From: a virus
Direction: 5' to 3' (one strand)
DNA: 51,678 bases
Virus record (IMG/VR): IMGVR_UViG_3300010162_000002
Part shown: positions 28,530-37,224 of the stretch, in pieces
How the letters are laid out: the number at the start of each line of letters is the position of its first letter
Position numbering within the stretch: the first letter of the stretch is position 1
The notes under the pieces: generated by a model
Database searches by the model: none
What the model was told of the DNA's origin: nothing
The model's input: only the letters and a program-made list of their open reading frames with translations
Program-made: the position numbers and the translations under genes

Positions 28530-29087
28530 ATGTTTAAAGAATTCGAAAAATATGAGGAAAACGGTAAAGCATTTGAAAATATAATTGAAGGAAATACAAT
28601 CCCTCCAAGCATATGGCCTCAAGGTTGGAGAGAAATACTCCCAGAGATACCAGAAGAATTCCATCCATTATCTATGGAACAAATACAAGCATACTCGATG
28701 CTAAAGAATTTTGGCGTGTCTCTTCCAGAAAAAACCGAATTGCAAATTCATGAATCCTTGATAGAGCTTACTCCATATTTAGGTAGCAGCGAGGAAAAGT
28801 GGGAACCGGGGCAGATAATCAGACGCTATTGTGAGCGTGAATTTGATGGAAAAACCTACATCGCAATAAAGCCGCATATTACTAAATTAGGCTGGGAGCC
28901 GCCCATAGCTGTGTCGCTTTGGGTTGAAAAACTAGGCGATTGGGATGAGTGGCAACAACCCAAAGGAGGACATGACGCCTATAAAAAGGGCGCAAGGGTG
29001 ACACACAATGGCCAGCGTTGGATAAGTATCGCAAACAACAACGTATGGCCGCCGGGTGTATTTGGATGGGAGCTCTACGATGGATAA
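28530..29087 (+). CDS. tail accessory protein with a CBM5/12-like carbohydrate-binding C-terminus
   Basis: AYKKGARVTHNGQRWISIANNNVWPPGVFGW matches the chitin-binding type-3 aromatic pattern. Confidence 0.45.
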   Translation: MFKEFEKYEENGKAFENIIEGNTIPPSIWPQGWREILPEIPEEFHPLSMEQIQAYSMLKNFGVSLPEKTELQIHESLIELTPYLGSSEEKWEPGQIIRRYCEREFDGKTYIAIKPHITKLGWEPPIAVSLWVEKLGDWDEWQQPKGGHDAYKKGARVTHNGQRWISIANNNVWPPGVFGWELYDG

Positions 29088-29292
29088 ATGGGTAGTAAAT
29101 TTAGTAGTAATAGCTATGATGCTAACTGCTGTATCGGTGATTTTCATGTACCACTTGGGAATTTCCAATGGAGAATCACCGGAAATAATAAAGCTTTTAC
29201 TAGGCATTCTGGGCAGCGTGGTCGCCGGTGGATATTCGGCCCATAAGTGCGTAGATACGTACTGTAGGTATAAATTCAAGGATGGTGGATAA
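29080..29292 (+). CDS. holin (two transmembrane segments, 70 aa)
   Basis: Hydrophobic VVNLVVIAMMLTAVSVIFMY and LLLGILGSVVAGGY with a charged C-terminus. Immediately upstream of the endolysin. Confidence 0.55.
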   Translation: MDKWVVNLVVIAMMLTAVSVIFMYHLGISNGESPEIIKLLLGILGSVVAGGYSAHKCVDTYCRYKFKDGG

Positions 29293-30089
29293 TGCCAAAA
29301 ATATTCATCGACCCCGGACATGGTGGACGCGATCCCGGTGCGGTTGCCAATGGGATGAGGGAGTCTGACGTTGTGCTAGAAATATCGCTGATTTTACGCG
29401 ATTTGCTGCGTCAAAATTTTGACGTGAGATTATCACGCGAAACAGATATATCACCCTCGCAGCGTTGGCAAATTGCTAATAATTGGGGGGCTGATTTGCT
29501 CGTGTCTATCCACTGCAATGCAGGTGGCGGCACCGGAGTGGAAACAATAATCCCTACGGCAAGCCCAAATAATCGAAATCGCGATCTGCAGACCAATAGG
29601 CGGCTTGCAGAAAACATCAGCAATGCATTAGGGGGCGCATTTAATTTGCGCATTCGGCGCGCCAATGGTGTGATGTTGGAGACTGAGACGCGCCATGATT
29701 TTGTGGGGGTCCTGCGAAACTCTAGCATGCCCGCGATTATGCCAGAAATAGCATTCATAGACTCGCTCTTGAGCAATCCAGATGTTGATATTTTGCGAAA
29801 TAGACGGCGAGAAGTTGCGCAGGTTTTAGCCAGTGAAATTTATAAATGTTTCGGAATGGAGATCGACATGTCAAGATTTAATACAGTAGCAGAATTGCCT
29901 GGATGGGCGAGAATGGATATACAGGAGCTGGTCAATGCCGGACACATGCGAGGAGATGGTACCGTCACGCCGAATGGGGATGTGTCGGGGCTAGATTTAA
30001 CACTTGACATGATCCGCACAATCATATTAAATAAGCGACAAGTTGACGAATTGAGGGGCGCAATTGCAAGCCTGGGCGTTAAAATGTAG
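29292..30089 (+). CDS. N-acetylmuramoyl-L-alanine amidase endolysin (Amidase_3)
   Basis: IFIDPGHGGRDPGAV...E...LVSIHCNAGGGTGVE is the canonical Amidase_3 signature. Confidence 0.9.
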   Translation: MPKIFIDPGHGGRDPGAVANGMRESDVVLEISLILRDLLRQNFDVRLSRETDISPSQRWQIANNWGADLLVSIHCNAGGGTGVETIIPTASPNNRNRDLQTNRRLAENISNALGGAFNLRIRRANGVMLETETRHDFVGVLRNSSMPAIMPEIAFIDSLLSNPDVDILRNRRREVAQVLASEIYKCFGMEIDMSRFNTVAELPGWARMDIQELVNAGHMRGDGTVTPNGDVSGLDLTLDMIRTIILNKRQVDELRGAIASLGVKM

Positions 30090-30118
30090 GACAAAACAAT
30101 AGTGGGCGAGGTGAGGGT

Positions 30119-30430
30119 GTGGCAGATATAGAGAAAACATTAGCGCAACATGAGTTCCGCATTGGTAAACTTGAAGAACATGCGCAAGAGATGCGAACCG
30201 CCGCAACTGCCATGTTGAAGGCATCTATTGGAATCGAAAATCTGACAGGCGCGCTAAGAGAGTACGCCACTAGGTCGGACGAACGAGCCGCGAGACACAG
30301 CGATCGGATATATCGACTCGAAAGCAAGGGCGCAAAGCGGTGGGACTTGGTTATTACTACAGGCATAACCGCGCTAATAATGGGGCTTGTGTTTTTTGCT
30401 CTGCTACAACTTGGGGTAACGCCGCAATGA
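30119..30430 (+). CDS. XhlA-like lysis-associated membrane protein
   Basis: N-terminal coiled coil plus one C-terminal transmembrane segment (ITALIMGLVFFALLQL). Adjacent to the lysis genes. Confidence 0.45.
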   Translation: MADIEKTLAQHEFRIGKLEEHAQEMRTAATAMLKASIGIENLTGALREYATRSDERAARHSDRIYRLESKGAKRWDLVITTGITALIMGLVFFALLQLGVTPQ

Positions 30431-31074
30431 CGGCCGCAACTGTACCGGTCATCATCTTGTTGATTATCTTGGAGGCTCTCTATATTTTCATCAGCCTGAA
30501 GGCGATATCTCGCGAGAAATTAAGTGCCTTAAGAAATGTCTTTTTGTTTCTGGGGATAGTTGCGGCGAATTTGGGAAGCGCGGCTTTTACAAGCTCTCCA
30601 TTCCGTTTTTTGCTGGCTTCTATACTAATTTTTGGAATAGCGTGTTTGGTCTGCAATGGTGTGAAATATTATCGCAACCTCATAAGAATCGCGATAAAGC
30701 ATGGCTTTAGGGCAATGCTAAAGGCGCGTAATGGAAAGGTGTGCTATTACACTCTTTTTTTGGTTATGGCGATATTGACGGCAAAGGTTGCACTAGAAAT
30801 CGGAGGCATGATGCTTTTGATTCGCGGACACATAGAATTAGCAACGCAGAGCCTTACGATATTTGCGGCAGGAATATTGACATTTCCTGTGGCAACATTT
30901 AGAGCCACGGCCACCTTAGCTGCGTTCGTTGATAATCAATGGCACAAAGAGCGTACGTTCTGGGTAAGGTACGCACTTGCAGGTGTTATGATGCTGATGT
31001 TGTTCTTGATTATTTATGCAATGACACTATATGCAAACAGCAAAATGCTGCAAAATGTGGTAAATATATTGTAG
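30427..31074 (+). CDS. multi-pass membrane protein (215 aa)
   Basis: ATGA overlap start at 30427; about 6 hydrophobic segments. Confidence 0.5.
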   Translation: MTAATVPVIILLIILEALYIFISLKAISREKLSALRNVFLFLGIVAANLGSAAFTSSPFRFLLASILIFGIACLVCNGVKYYRNLIRIAIKHGFRAMLKARNGKVCYYTLFLVMAILTAKVALEIGGMMLLIRGHIELATQSLTIFAAGILTFPVATFRATATLAAFVDNQWHKERTFWVRYALAGVMMLMLFLIIYAMTLYANSKMLQNVVNIL

Positions 31075-31211
31075 GAGGGTTTAGCTATGGGATTTCCTTG
31101 GAAATTGCTATTTTTCGGCAAAATTGATCGTATAGTCAAGTAGTCAGAGGGTGCGATGATGCAGATACGCCACATTGCACCTATACATATTTCTAGAGTG
31201 GGCGGTGAAAC

Positions 31212-31811
31212 ATGGGAGCAAGACGAAGAATAATCATGGCGGGGCTGGCAATTGCCTTTAATGGCGCGCCGCTTTTTTATGGAGTTTTGCGCGGACAACT
31301 CGTGCCCATGATTACCTTGTTCGCTACGTTCGGTATGATAAACCTCTCCCTTAACAAGTATGACATCGGAAATCATGCTGAAATATCTTCAAGTGGCGAA
31401 GAGTACAAAGACCTCGCTGCGTGCTGGCTGGCATCCAACGCCCTGTTAATTGCCTGCCTCGAATTGGTAATATTTACAGGCGAAGCTCTCCCAACATGGC
31501 AAGCCGTCATGCTAGGAATTGCTGCCTGTGCCTTATCCACCGTAAGCATATCAAGGATGTTTTACGGCAGAGCCTTGACCGAAGAGTATAAAGATTTACG
31601 CCGAAAAATAAAGTCAATGACAAAGAAAGAAGCAATGTCCGTATTGTCAGAAAACCTACCTGAAAGCGAGTATACTGCTATATTCTTCGTGGATTTCGAG
31701 TGCAAGGATATAAATTATGTTGCTGATGTAATTCTATTTTGCTCACCAAGAACGGTAAGTAGCTACCGCCGGGCTGGATACGAAAAACTAAAACGGCTTT
31801 ACCGTCAATAA
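31212..31811 (+). CDS. membrane protein with a C-terminal HTH (sigma region-4/LuxR-like)
   Basis: 3-4 N-terminal transmembrane segments. C-terminus reads INYVADVILFCSPRTVSSYRRAGYEKLKRL. Confidence 0.45.
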   Translation: MGARRRIIMAGLAIAFNGAPLFYGVLRGQLVPMITLFATFGMINLSLNKYDIGNHAEISSSGEEYKDLAACWLASNALLIACLELVIFTGEALPTWQAVMLGIAACALSTVSISRMFYGRALTEEYKDLRRKIKSMTKKEAMSVLSENLPESEYTAIFFVDFECKDINYVADVILFCSPRTVSSYRRAGYEKLKRLYRQ

Positions 31812-31827
31812 AAACGCCCCTTTGTTT

Positions 31828-31869
31828 GCGCATAGGTTGCGAGAATACTTCGCCCTATACGCTTTTTTT
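31828..31869 (+). terminator. intrinsic terminator
   Basis: GCGCATAGG...CCTATACGC stem (one mismatch) followed by a T7 run. Confidence 0.5.
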
Positions 31870-32277
31870 ATTGCGAAAATATAGGCGCTAAGAACACGGT
31901 GGCGACCCCCTTAACTCGCCCTTATGGGCAGTAGTCACCTTGGCTTGGCCGTTGAAGGGCGGAGATGTATTTTGACAGACAGATTGCTTTGTGCGAGTCA
32001 AAGTTTTTTGAGTATGTATATTTGTTCGATCTTGGTGACGCGAGGTATTGCGCCAAAAGATGTTGATATTGATTTTTTAATAGATAGAATACGTGCGACT
32101 GGTAGGGCGGATCTAGTCCTAGAAAATATTCAAACATAACATCGTTTGGGCAGGTGAAAAAGTGGATTCGCTACAATATCTTGGAGCCCTGATTGAGGTA
32201 GAGAAATTAAAATATGAACTCGGATATTTTTATGATGAAGAGTCTAAAGCATGGATCTTATGGGGGTGGGCGAAAAT

Positions 32278-32706
32278 ATGAACTACCAAAACACATTTGC
32301 TGCCGAAATTGCAAAAGACGGTACCATATATAACACACGAACCGGTGTGCCTGTGGGTGTTGACAACCAAAGAGTACGAGACATGGAAGCCGAACATGCG
32401 AATGAAATTGCGGAAGCGGCTGAGGTTGCCGATAGGCTGTATCAAGAGCTGGTTGATGCCGGACTGCGAGTTGTCAAAAAGACACCGGAAGAAATCGCAC
32501 GAGATGCGGCTGAACAGCAACTGACATTGGCGCGTGAGCAGGCACGGCAACAGGCCGAAATAAACGAATCTCTACTTGGCGCAATAAAAGGTTTGCAGGC
32601 CGAAATAAGCGGGCTAAAAGCGACAAAAGACGAGCTGGACAAGCATCCGGTTGGCAAGCGCAAAAAGCCGCCTACAAAACCGGAAGCGGGGGCCGCCAAT
32701 GATTAA
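32278..32706 (+). CDS. coiled-coil hypothetical protein
   Basis: ATG at 32278 in frame with track ORF 32251. Charged helical sequence. Confidence 0.45.
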   Translation: MNYQNTFAAEIAKDGTIYNTRTGVPVGVDNQRVRDMEAEHANEIAEAAEVADRLYQELVDAGLRVVKKTPEEIARDAAEQQLTLAREQARQQAEINESLLGAIKGLQAEISGLKATKDELDKHPVGKRKKPPTKPEAGAAND

Positions 32707-33040
32707 GGAAGCATTGCTTGGCTATGTGCGCAGCAAAATGGGTGCTATTACTGCAAAAACTGGCAAGAGTGAAGATGAGATATTGTTAGCAATAAGTAAA
32801 GGTAAAGATGGTGGGATCTCAATGGCGCGACAGCTTGGCATCACGAAGGATGTTGCGCAACAGTTAGTTGATAAATATGGACATTTTGCTGACAAGATAC
32901 CAGTGCTTGGACGGGCACTGCTGGACAGCGAATTGGCAAAAATATTGCCGCAATTGGACGATGGGCCAGGGCTCAACAGGGAAACTCGGCGAGCAGAAGC
33001 GAAGAAAACAAAGAAATTTGATAAATCTAAATACTTTTAA
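32699..33040 (+). CDS. hypothetical protein (113 aa)
   Basis: ATG at 32699 overlaps the upstream stop. Confidence 0.45.
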   Translation: MIKEALLGYVRSKMGAITAKTGKSEDEILLAISKGKDGGISMARQLGITKDVAQQLVDKYGHFADKIPVLGRALLDSELAKILPQLDDGPGLNRETRRAEAKKTKKFDKSKYF

Positions 33041-33052
33041 GTAAAACAAAAC

Positions 33053-33105
33053 GGGCGAAATGGCAACCGCATGCAATTGATGGTTGCCGTTTGCCCATTT
33101 TTTTA
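33053..33105 (+). terminator. strong intrinsic terminator
   Basis: Long stem GGGC(G)AAATGGCAACC...GGTTGCC(G)TTTGCCC followed by a T-run. Confidence 0.7.
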
Positions 33106-33191
33106 TTTACAACCAATCTCAATATCAAATGGCAAAAATCGGCCGATATTGCCTTGATATATATTAAATTTAATATGTAGGAGGTACTCCA

Positions 33192-33722
33192 ATGAGTAAT
33201 TACACTTCAACCGCAGATATTAGCGGTGGCGGCTATGCTGGACATGGCATAGGCGGTATGGGCGGCGGCTGGCTAATTGGCGCGCTTATCATTTTCTTTT
33301 TACTGTTCCGCGATGGGTTCGGTCATCGTGGCGGGCATGAAGGTGGACACGGCGGTGACAGAGGCCGCGAGCGCAATTGGTTCCCAGATGAAAGTAATTT
33401 CCAGCTTGGCAGGGAATTGGATAACCATATGTGCAAAATAGACAAAGATGTCCAAGAGCAAGGTGACAAAACACGTGCCTTAATCAACAACAACACAATC
33501 CAAGATTTGCGCGACGCAAACACGGAAAAAGCGGCTAAAATTTTGCAGCTAGAAGCGGAAGCGTTTAACGGCGCACGCTTTGGCAGAGTGGAAGCGGCAA
33601 TCGAGGCCCTTGCTTGCAGAATGCCACACCTGGAGCCGCAATACATTGCGACTCGTGGCATGTGTCTGTCGGAGCGCCCAAGCTGCGGCGAGCCGCGGCG
33701 CGGTGGTTGCTTTAATGACTAA
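33192..33722 (+). CDS. Gly/His-rich membrane-anchored protein (176 aa)
   Basis: ggagg RBS. GGGYAGHGIGGMGGGW, then a transmembrane segment, then GHRGGHEGGHGGDRGRER, then a coiled coil and a Cys-containing tail. Confidence 0.5.
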   Translation: MSNYTSTADISGGGYAGHGIGGMGGGWLIGALIIFFLLFRDGFGHRGGHEGGHGGDRGRERNWFPDESNFQLGRELDNHMCKIDKDVQEQGDKTRALINNNTIQDLRDANTEKAAKILQLEAEAFNGARFGRVEAAIEALACRMPHLEPQYIATRGMCLSERPSCGEPRRGGCFND

Positions 33723-33826
33723 GCATTAAACAATTAAATTTTCGTTTGACCGATATTCGTTAAATCGGCACACTTTTGGGCTTATGGCTGTGTGCTGTAA
33801 GCCTTTTTGATTTGGAGTGATATTTT

Positions 33827-33994
33827 ATGAACGGTGCAATACTCGGCGTAATTGTTGGATTATATGCAGGGAATCCCTCATTTCGTGCCAGCGTAGACAA
33901 GGCATTCAAAAAAGCCGTTGGGTATGGAATTGACACACTTAACGGCAAAGGCGCGGTTATCGAGCCGCCACAGGAAGCAGCAGAGGAAGAATAA
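33827..33994 (+). CDS. small membrane protein (55 aa), not in the ORF track
   Basis: ATG with ggag RBS; hydrophobic N-terminus GAILGVIVGLYAG. TAATG coupling to the next ORF. Confidence 0.4.
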   Translation: MNGAILGVIVGLYAGNPSFRASVDKAFKKAVGYGIDTLNGKGAVIEPPQEAAEEE

Positions 33995-34188
33995 TGCGCG
34001 GCAACGTGTCGTTTGGCTGTGGTAGGCGCGATGATATTTTGAACGTGGCGAACTTCCTGGCCAACATTGCGATACTCTATGTGTCTGTGCAAATTCTTAA
34101 TATTTCTAGGAATAATGCGGGTTACAATGCCCGGATTATGCAGAGCGCAGAAAGCATTGACCGAAAATTAAAGCAAAAAAAAGAATGA
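33994..34188 (+). CDS. small hypothetical protein (64 aa)
   Basis: Translationally coupled to the upstream small ORF. Confidence 0.35.
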   Translation: MRGNVSFGCGRRDDILNVANFLANIAILYVSVQILNISRNNAGYNARIMQSAESIDRKLKQKKE

Positions 34189-34190
34189 CG

Positions 34191-34538
34191 CTAAACGTCA
34201 TTCAGCTGTGCAAATTCGCCATGATATTTTAGCGCGGCTTCGTTGTAAGCAAGTGCGGCGGCTTCGGGCGTACTGTAACTCCCGATAAAAATATATTCCC
34301 CGTTGGCAGTGATGTTTGCACTATATGATATGCACCGTCTGCCTAGTGTTACGCCTTTATATCTACCCGAAACATTGTCCGACCTCATGCGGGAATTGTA
34401 CTTGTTTTGGCGCGGTCTACACAATCGCAAATTGCTTTTCCTGTTATCAGAACAATTATGGTTTCTGTGGTCAACAAACACGCCCTTAGGTGCATTCATT
34501 ACAAGCCTGTGGAATTTGCCGTTCAAGCCGCAACACAA
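34191..34538 (-). CDS. HNH homing endonuclease with an AP2 DNA-binding domain
   Basis: VDHRNHNCSDNRKSNLRLC (HNH_3) followed by SGRYKGVT...ANITANGEYIFIGSYSTPEAAALAYNEAALKYHGEFAQLN (AP2). Confidence 0.8.
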   Translation of the reverse strand: MCCGLNGKFHRLVMNAPKGVFVDHRNHNCSDNRKSNLRLCRPRQNKYNSRMRSDNVSGRYKGVTLGRRCISYSANITANGEYIFIGSYSTPEAAALAYNEAALKYHGEFAQLNDV

Positions 34539-34574
34539 TTATAACACAAAATCTAATTTGAAAGAAGGAAAATA

Positions 34575-34946
34575 ATGAGTAATTGTTGCAGAAAATTAAC
34601 TTTAACCGCGACCCCAACTGTAACAGAGGGCTCGACCGTTGCCCTTGCAATCACCAACCCCACCACGCCCCCAGAATTTGCGAAATGTATAGCGTTTCGC
34701 ATTTCTCCCGCGCCACTTAACCCCACAACCGGGCAAGAAGTGATTACACTCACAATTGGCGGTATTACAGGTCAAGTCGTTGGCAATTGTGGCGAAACAA
34801 TCCCCGCCCAAATGATTGTTGATGCACTGTGCCACAATCCATGCAACGTGTTTGTCGTGCAATTTGGCATACAGGGTACAACAAATGTGTTCTACGCAAG
34901 GCGCGGCTTTGCAAGACGCAAGACGTATTCTGTAGCACCGGCATAA
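34575..34946 (+). CDS. hypothetical Thr/Pro/Cys-containing protein
   Basis: ORF with gaaggaaa RBS. No motif recognised. Confidence 0.45.
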   Translation: MSNCCRKLTLTATPTVTEGSTVALAITNPTTPPEFAKCIAFRISPAPLNPTTGQEVITLTIGGITGQVVGNCGETIPAQMIVDALCHNPCNVFVVQFGIQGTTNVFYARRGFARRKTYSVAPA

Positions 34947-34960
34947 GGGGGTAATCAATA

Positions 34961-35605
34961 ATGCCTAACTATGGAAACCCGCCACAACAGCGGCAAAATA
35001 TGCCCATGCATGGTGAACACCACGAAAAACACCATATGAGCGAGGAGGAAATGGCAAACGAATTAAAAGCCTTGCTTGATGATATATGTACCTATCTCTA
35101 TGAGGGGGTACATTGGCATCAAAAAGCGGCAACATGCGCAAGGGCATATGTAAAATTGCGTGGGCCCGGCAGACAGCACAGCGAGTTAGCTTTAATTGAT
35201 TTTTGTAAATTGCAATCCATCGAAGCCTTGTCAGCGGATTATCTTGAACATGCGCCGCGCATTGACATGGAGAAGGTGGGCGAAGCCGAAGCATGGATGA
35301 TGAAAGACATGGAAGCGTTTTTGAAGCATTTTCCTGTTTGGATTAATCGCGAAAAGCACTACACTCATTGCATAAAAGATGCTTTGCACTACAGTGGCAA
35401 AATATGCCCCGAACTGTACGCAGAACTGTTTTGTCTTTCCGACTTGGTGCGCAAGGAAATTAAGCGTGTACGTATGCTTCAAGACCGCATAGATGGCGGC
35501 GGGCGTTCGGCGCATGATATTTACTACATTTCAGAAACCATGCACGAACATTATGAGCATGGCGTGGTGGATAAAAAAGACCCGATGGACGTGAATTACG
35601 GATAA
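34961..35605 (+). CDS. hypothetical His-rich helical protein
   Basis: ORF with gggggt RBS. N-terminal HGEHHEKHH. Confidence 0.5.
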   Translation: MPNYGNPPQQRQNMPMHGEHHEKHHMSEEEMANELKALLDDICTYLYEGVHWHQKAATCARAYVKLRGPGRQHSELALIDFCKLQSIEALSADYLEHAPRIDMEKVGEAEAWMMKDMEAFLKHFPVWINREKHYTHCIKDALHYSGKICPELYAELFCLSDLVRKEIKRVRMLQDRIDGGGRSAHDIYYISETMHEHYEHGVVDKKDPMDVNYG

Positions 35606-35931
35606 TGGCTGTTAATATCCGAAATTGTGCAGATACAGCACGGCATAAAATCACAGCGGCGGCGGCTTGCTTCCCAACAGATTCAAGCCCTGCCGACCGC
35701 GCTGAACTTTTGGCTGCGCTTGAAATCATGCGCGGTAAAATCGGCACGAAAAAGCCGTATAATTTCCCAGAAATCTCAGAAGACAGCCGCAAAATCGCAT
35801 CGGGATTCTGGAACCCGACTGTTGCGGCGTATTGCTTTTGCCGGGAAGACCAGCGCAACATTGTGGCGATAACAATTACGCAAACACTTGACCGATTGAC
35901 GGTACTTTTGGAGCGTGAGCCAAATGGATAA
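35605..35931 (+). CDS. hypothetical protein
   Basis: TAATG coupling to the upstream gene. Confidence 0.45.
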   Translation: MAVNIRNCADTARHKITAAAACFPTDSSPADRAELLAALEIMRGKIGTKKPYNFPEISEDSRKIASGFWNPTVAAYCFCREDQRNIVAITITQTLDRLTVLLEREPNG

Positions 35932-36379
35932 AAAACAAATTAAAGCCGCATTCAAGCAGGATGCGGCTTTGCTTAAAATGCAAGCGAAAGGAAGGGTCAA
36001 GATGGACTGTGAAAAGATAATAGCTGGGCGGCTAGAAGAGGCTAAAAGCGCATTAAAAGCTGGATATAATGAGCAGGCAGAGTTCGATGCGGCACTGATT
36101 TCTGTAGTGCTTGATCTTTGTGGAAAACAGCCGAAAAAAGCAGTTATTTCTACGACAGGAGTAGCTGGCAATGTGCCTTATGCTGATCTGGCTTATGCAA
36201 AGCTAAAAAGTGCCGACCTATACTGGGCATACTACGAGCAAGAAGGTGATGATATGCTGAGGCAAATAGCCAAGCAATCACTGGCACATGCCGCCGCATT
36301 ATTGACCAAAGTCGATGACAAGGATGCGGCTAATGACTTGAAATCAAAATTGTATAATGCGGAGAAGACGATTCAATAG
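35915..36379 (+). CDS. hypothetical helical protein
   Basis: Overlaps the upstream gene. Alternative ATG at 35924. Confidence 0.5.
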   Translation: MSQMDKKQIKAAFKQDAALLKMQAKGRVKMDCEKIIAGRLEEAKSALKAGYNEQAEFDAALISVVLDLCGKQPKKAVISTTGVAGNVPYADLAYAKLKSADLYWAYYEQEGDDMLRQIAKQSLAHAAALLTKVDDKDAANDLKSKLYNAEKTIQ

Positions 36380-36405
36380 TTACTCTGAAAACACCTGAAC
36401 CGATT

Positions 36406-36430
36406 AAAGCCCATAAATCAGGGCTTTTTT
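36406..36430 (+). terminator. intrinsic terminator
   Basis: AAAGCCC-ataaatca-GGGCTTT followed by ttt. Confidence 0.75.
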
Positions 36431-36442
36431 ACTGTAATTCGC

Positions 36443-36471
36443 TTGACAATCTATTTAAAATATGATAATAT
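36443..36471 (+). promoter_or_regulatory. sigma-70 promoter TTGACA-17-TAATAT
   Basis: Read directly. Lies 32 nt upstream of the 36503 start. Confidence 0.6.
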
Positions 36472-36502
36472 TATAGCATGATAAATTGAGGGCGGTGATG
36501 CA

Positions 36503-37204
36503 TTGGGAATACTTACAGCGCCGATGTTGTTTGCGCAAGATAAGCATAATCGTGGGAATCGCAACTGTTTCTATTGCGCAGCGTCTTGCGATGAAACACA
36601 CACAACAAAAGATAATGTCGGCGAGAATTTCACAAATTTAGATATCGTGAAATGTCCGGACAGTCTTTATGTATGCGTAGGGTGCAATATGGTTTTTGGC
36701 AATGGCACGTGCGATATACACATGCTTGATGGCGGTTTCAAGGCATTTGAAAAACCTTCGCCCACCGTTGCTCCACGGATGTATTCGTGGTTTCTTACAG
36801 TCGAAAAGAGGCTGGCTTTTACAAAAGCACACATCGGCCTAATTAGGGAGATAATAATCGCCCCACCGGATCCCCCGTTCAGTATAATAATCTCCGATAG
36901 TGGACAGAAAAACCTTATTTTCCGCGCCCCGATTGCTAATAATAGGGATTATTTTCCAGTGATGCTTGAAGAGGCTATTATTGAAGTGGCACCCCAACTA
37001 TTAAAAGAAAGGCTCACCCTCTGCGGTAGTATATCCGCAAAAATAGGCAAGCCTGTCTTATCTGAAAAGGGCAAATATCAAATGGGCCATTGTATTTCTG
37101 CCAAGAAAGTCGGGGTTTTTAATGAATTGATGGAGTGGGAGAAGATAAAAGAGGAGCCATTATCAAAGTTGGCAGCCTGGCTGGCACCTCCAAAAGAAAA
37201 ATAG
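36503..37204 (+). CDS. C4 zinc-finger protein (233 aa); possible Csf1-like large-subunit analogue
   Basis: CFYC...C and CVGC pairs in the N-terminal 60 aa. Monocistronic, between its own promoter and a terminator. The Csf1 link is inferred only from size, the zinc finger and the neighbourhood. Confidence 0.5.
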   Translation: MGILTAPMLFAQDKHNRGNRNCFYCAASCDETHTTKDNVGENFTNLDIVKCPDSLYVCVGCNMVFGNGTCDIHMLDGGFKAFEKPSPTVAPRMYSWFLTVEKRLAFTKAHIGLIREIIIAPPDPPFSIIISDSGQKNLIFRAPIANNRDYFPVMLEEAIIEVAPQLLKERLTLCGSISAKIGKPVLSEKGKYQMGHCISAKKVGVFNELMEWEKIKEEPLSKLAAWLAPPKEK

Positions 37205-37219
37205 CCCTAATAGGGCTAT
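37201..37219. terminator. bidirectional hairpin terminator
   Basis: Palindrome ATAGCCCTAATAGGGCTAT flanked by an A-run and a T-run. Confidence 0.6.
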
Positions 37220-37224
37220 TTCAA

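Noticed and set aside
31922-32139. Mirror-image 71-aa ORFs on both strands
   Set aside because: Neither has a convincing RBS or start. Only the C-terminal part of the plus frame looks protein-like, so this is reported as an uncertain region instead.
33760-34092. 110-aa minus-strand ORF
   Set aside because: Two short plus-strand ORFs with an RBS and TAATG coupling (33827-33994 and 33994-34188) explain the region better and match the surrounding transcription direction.
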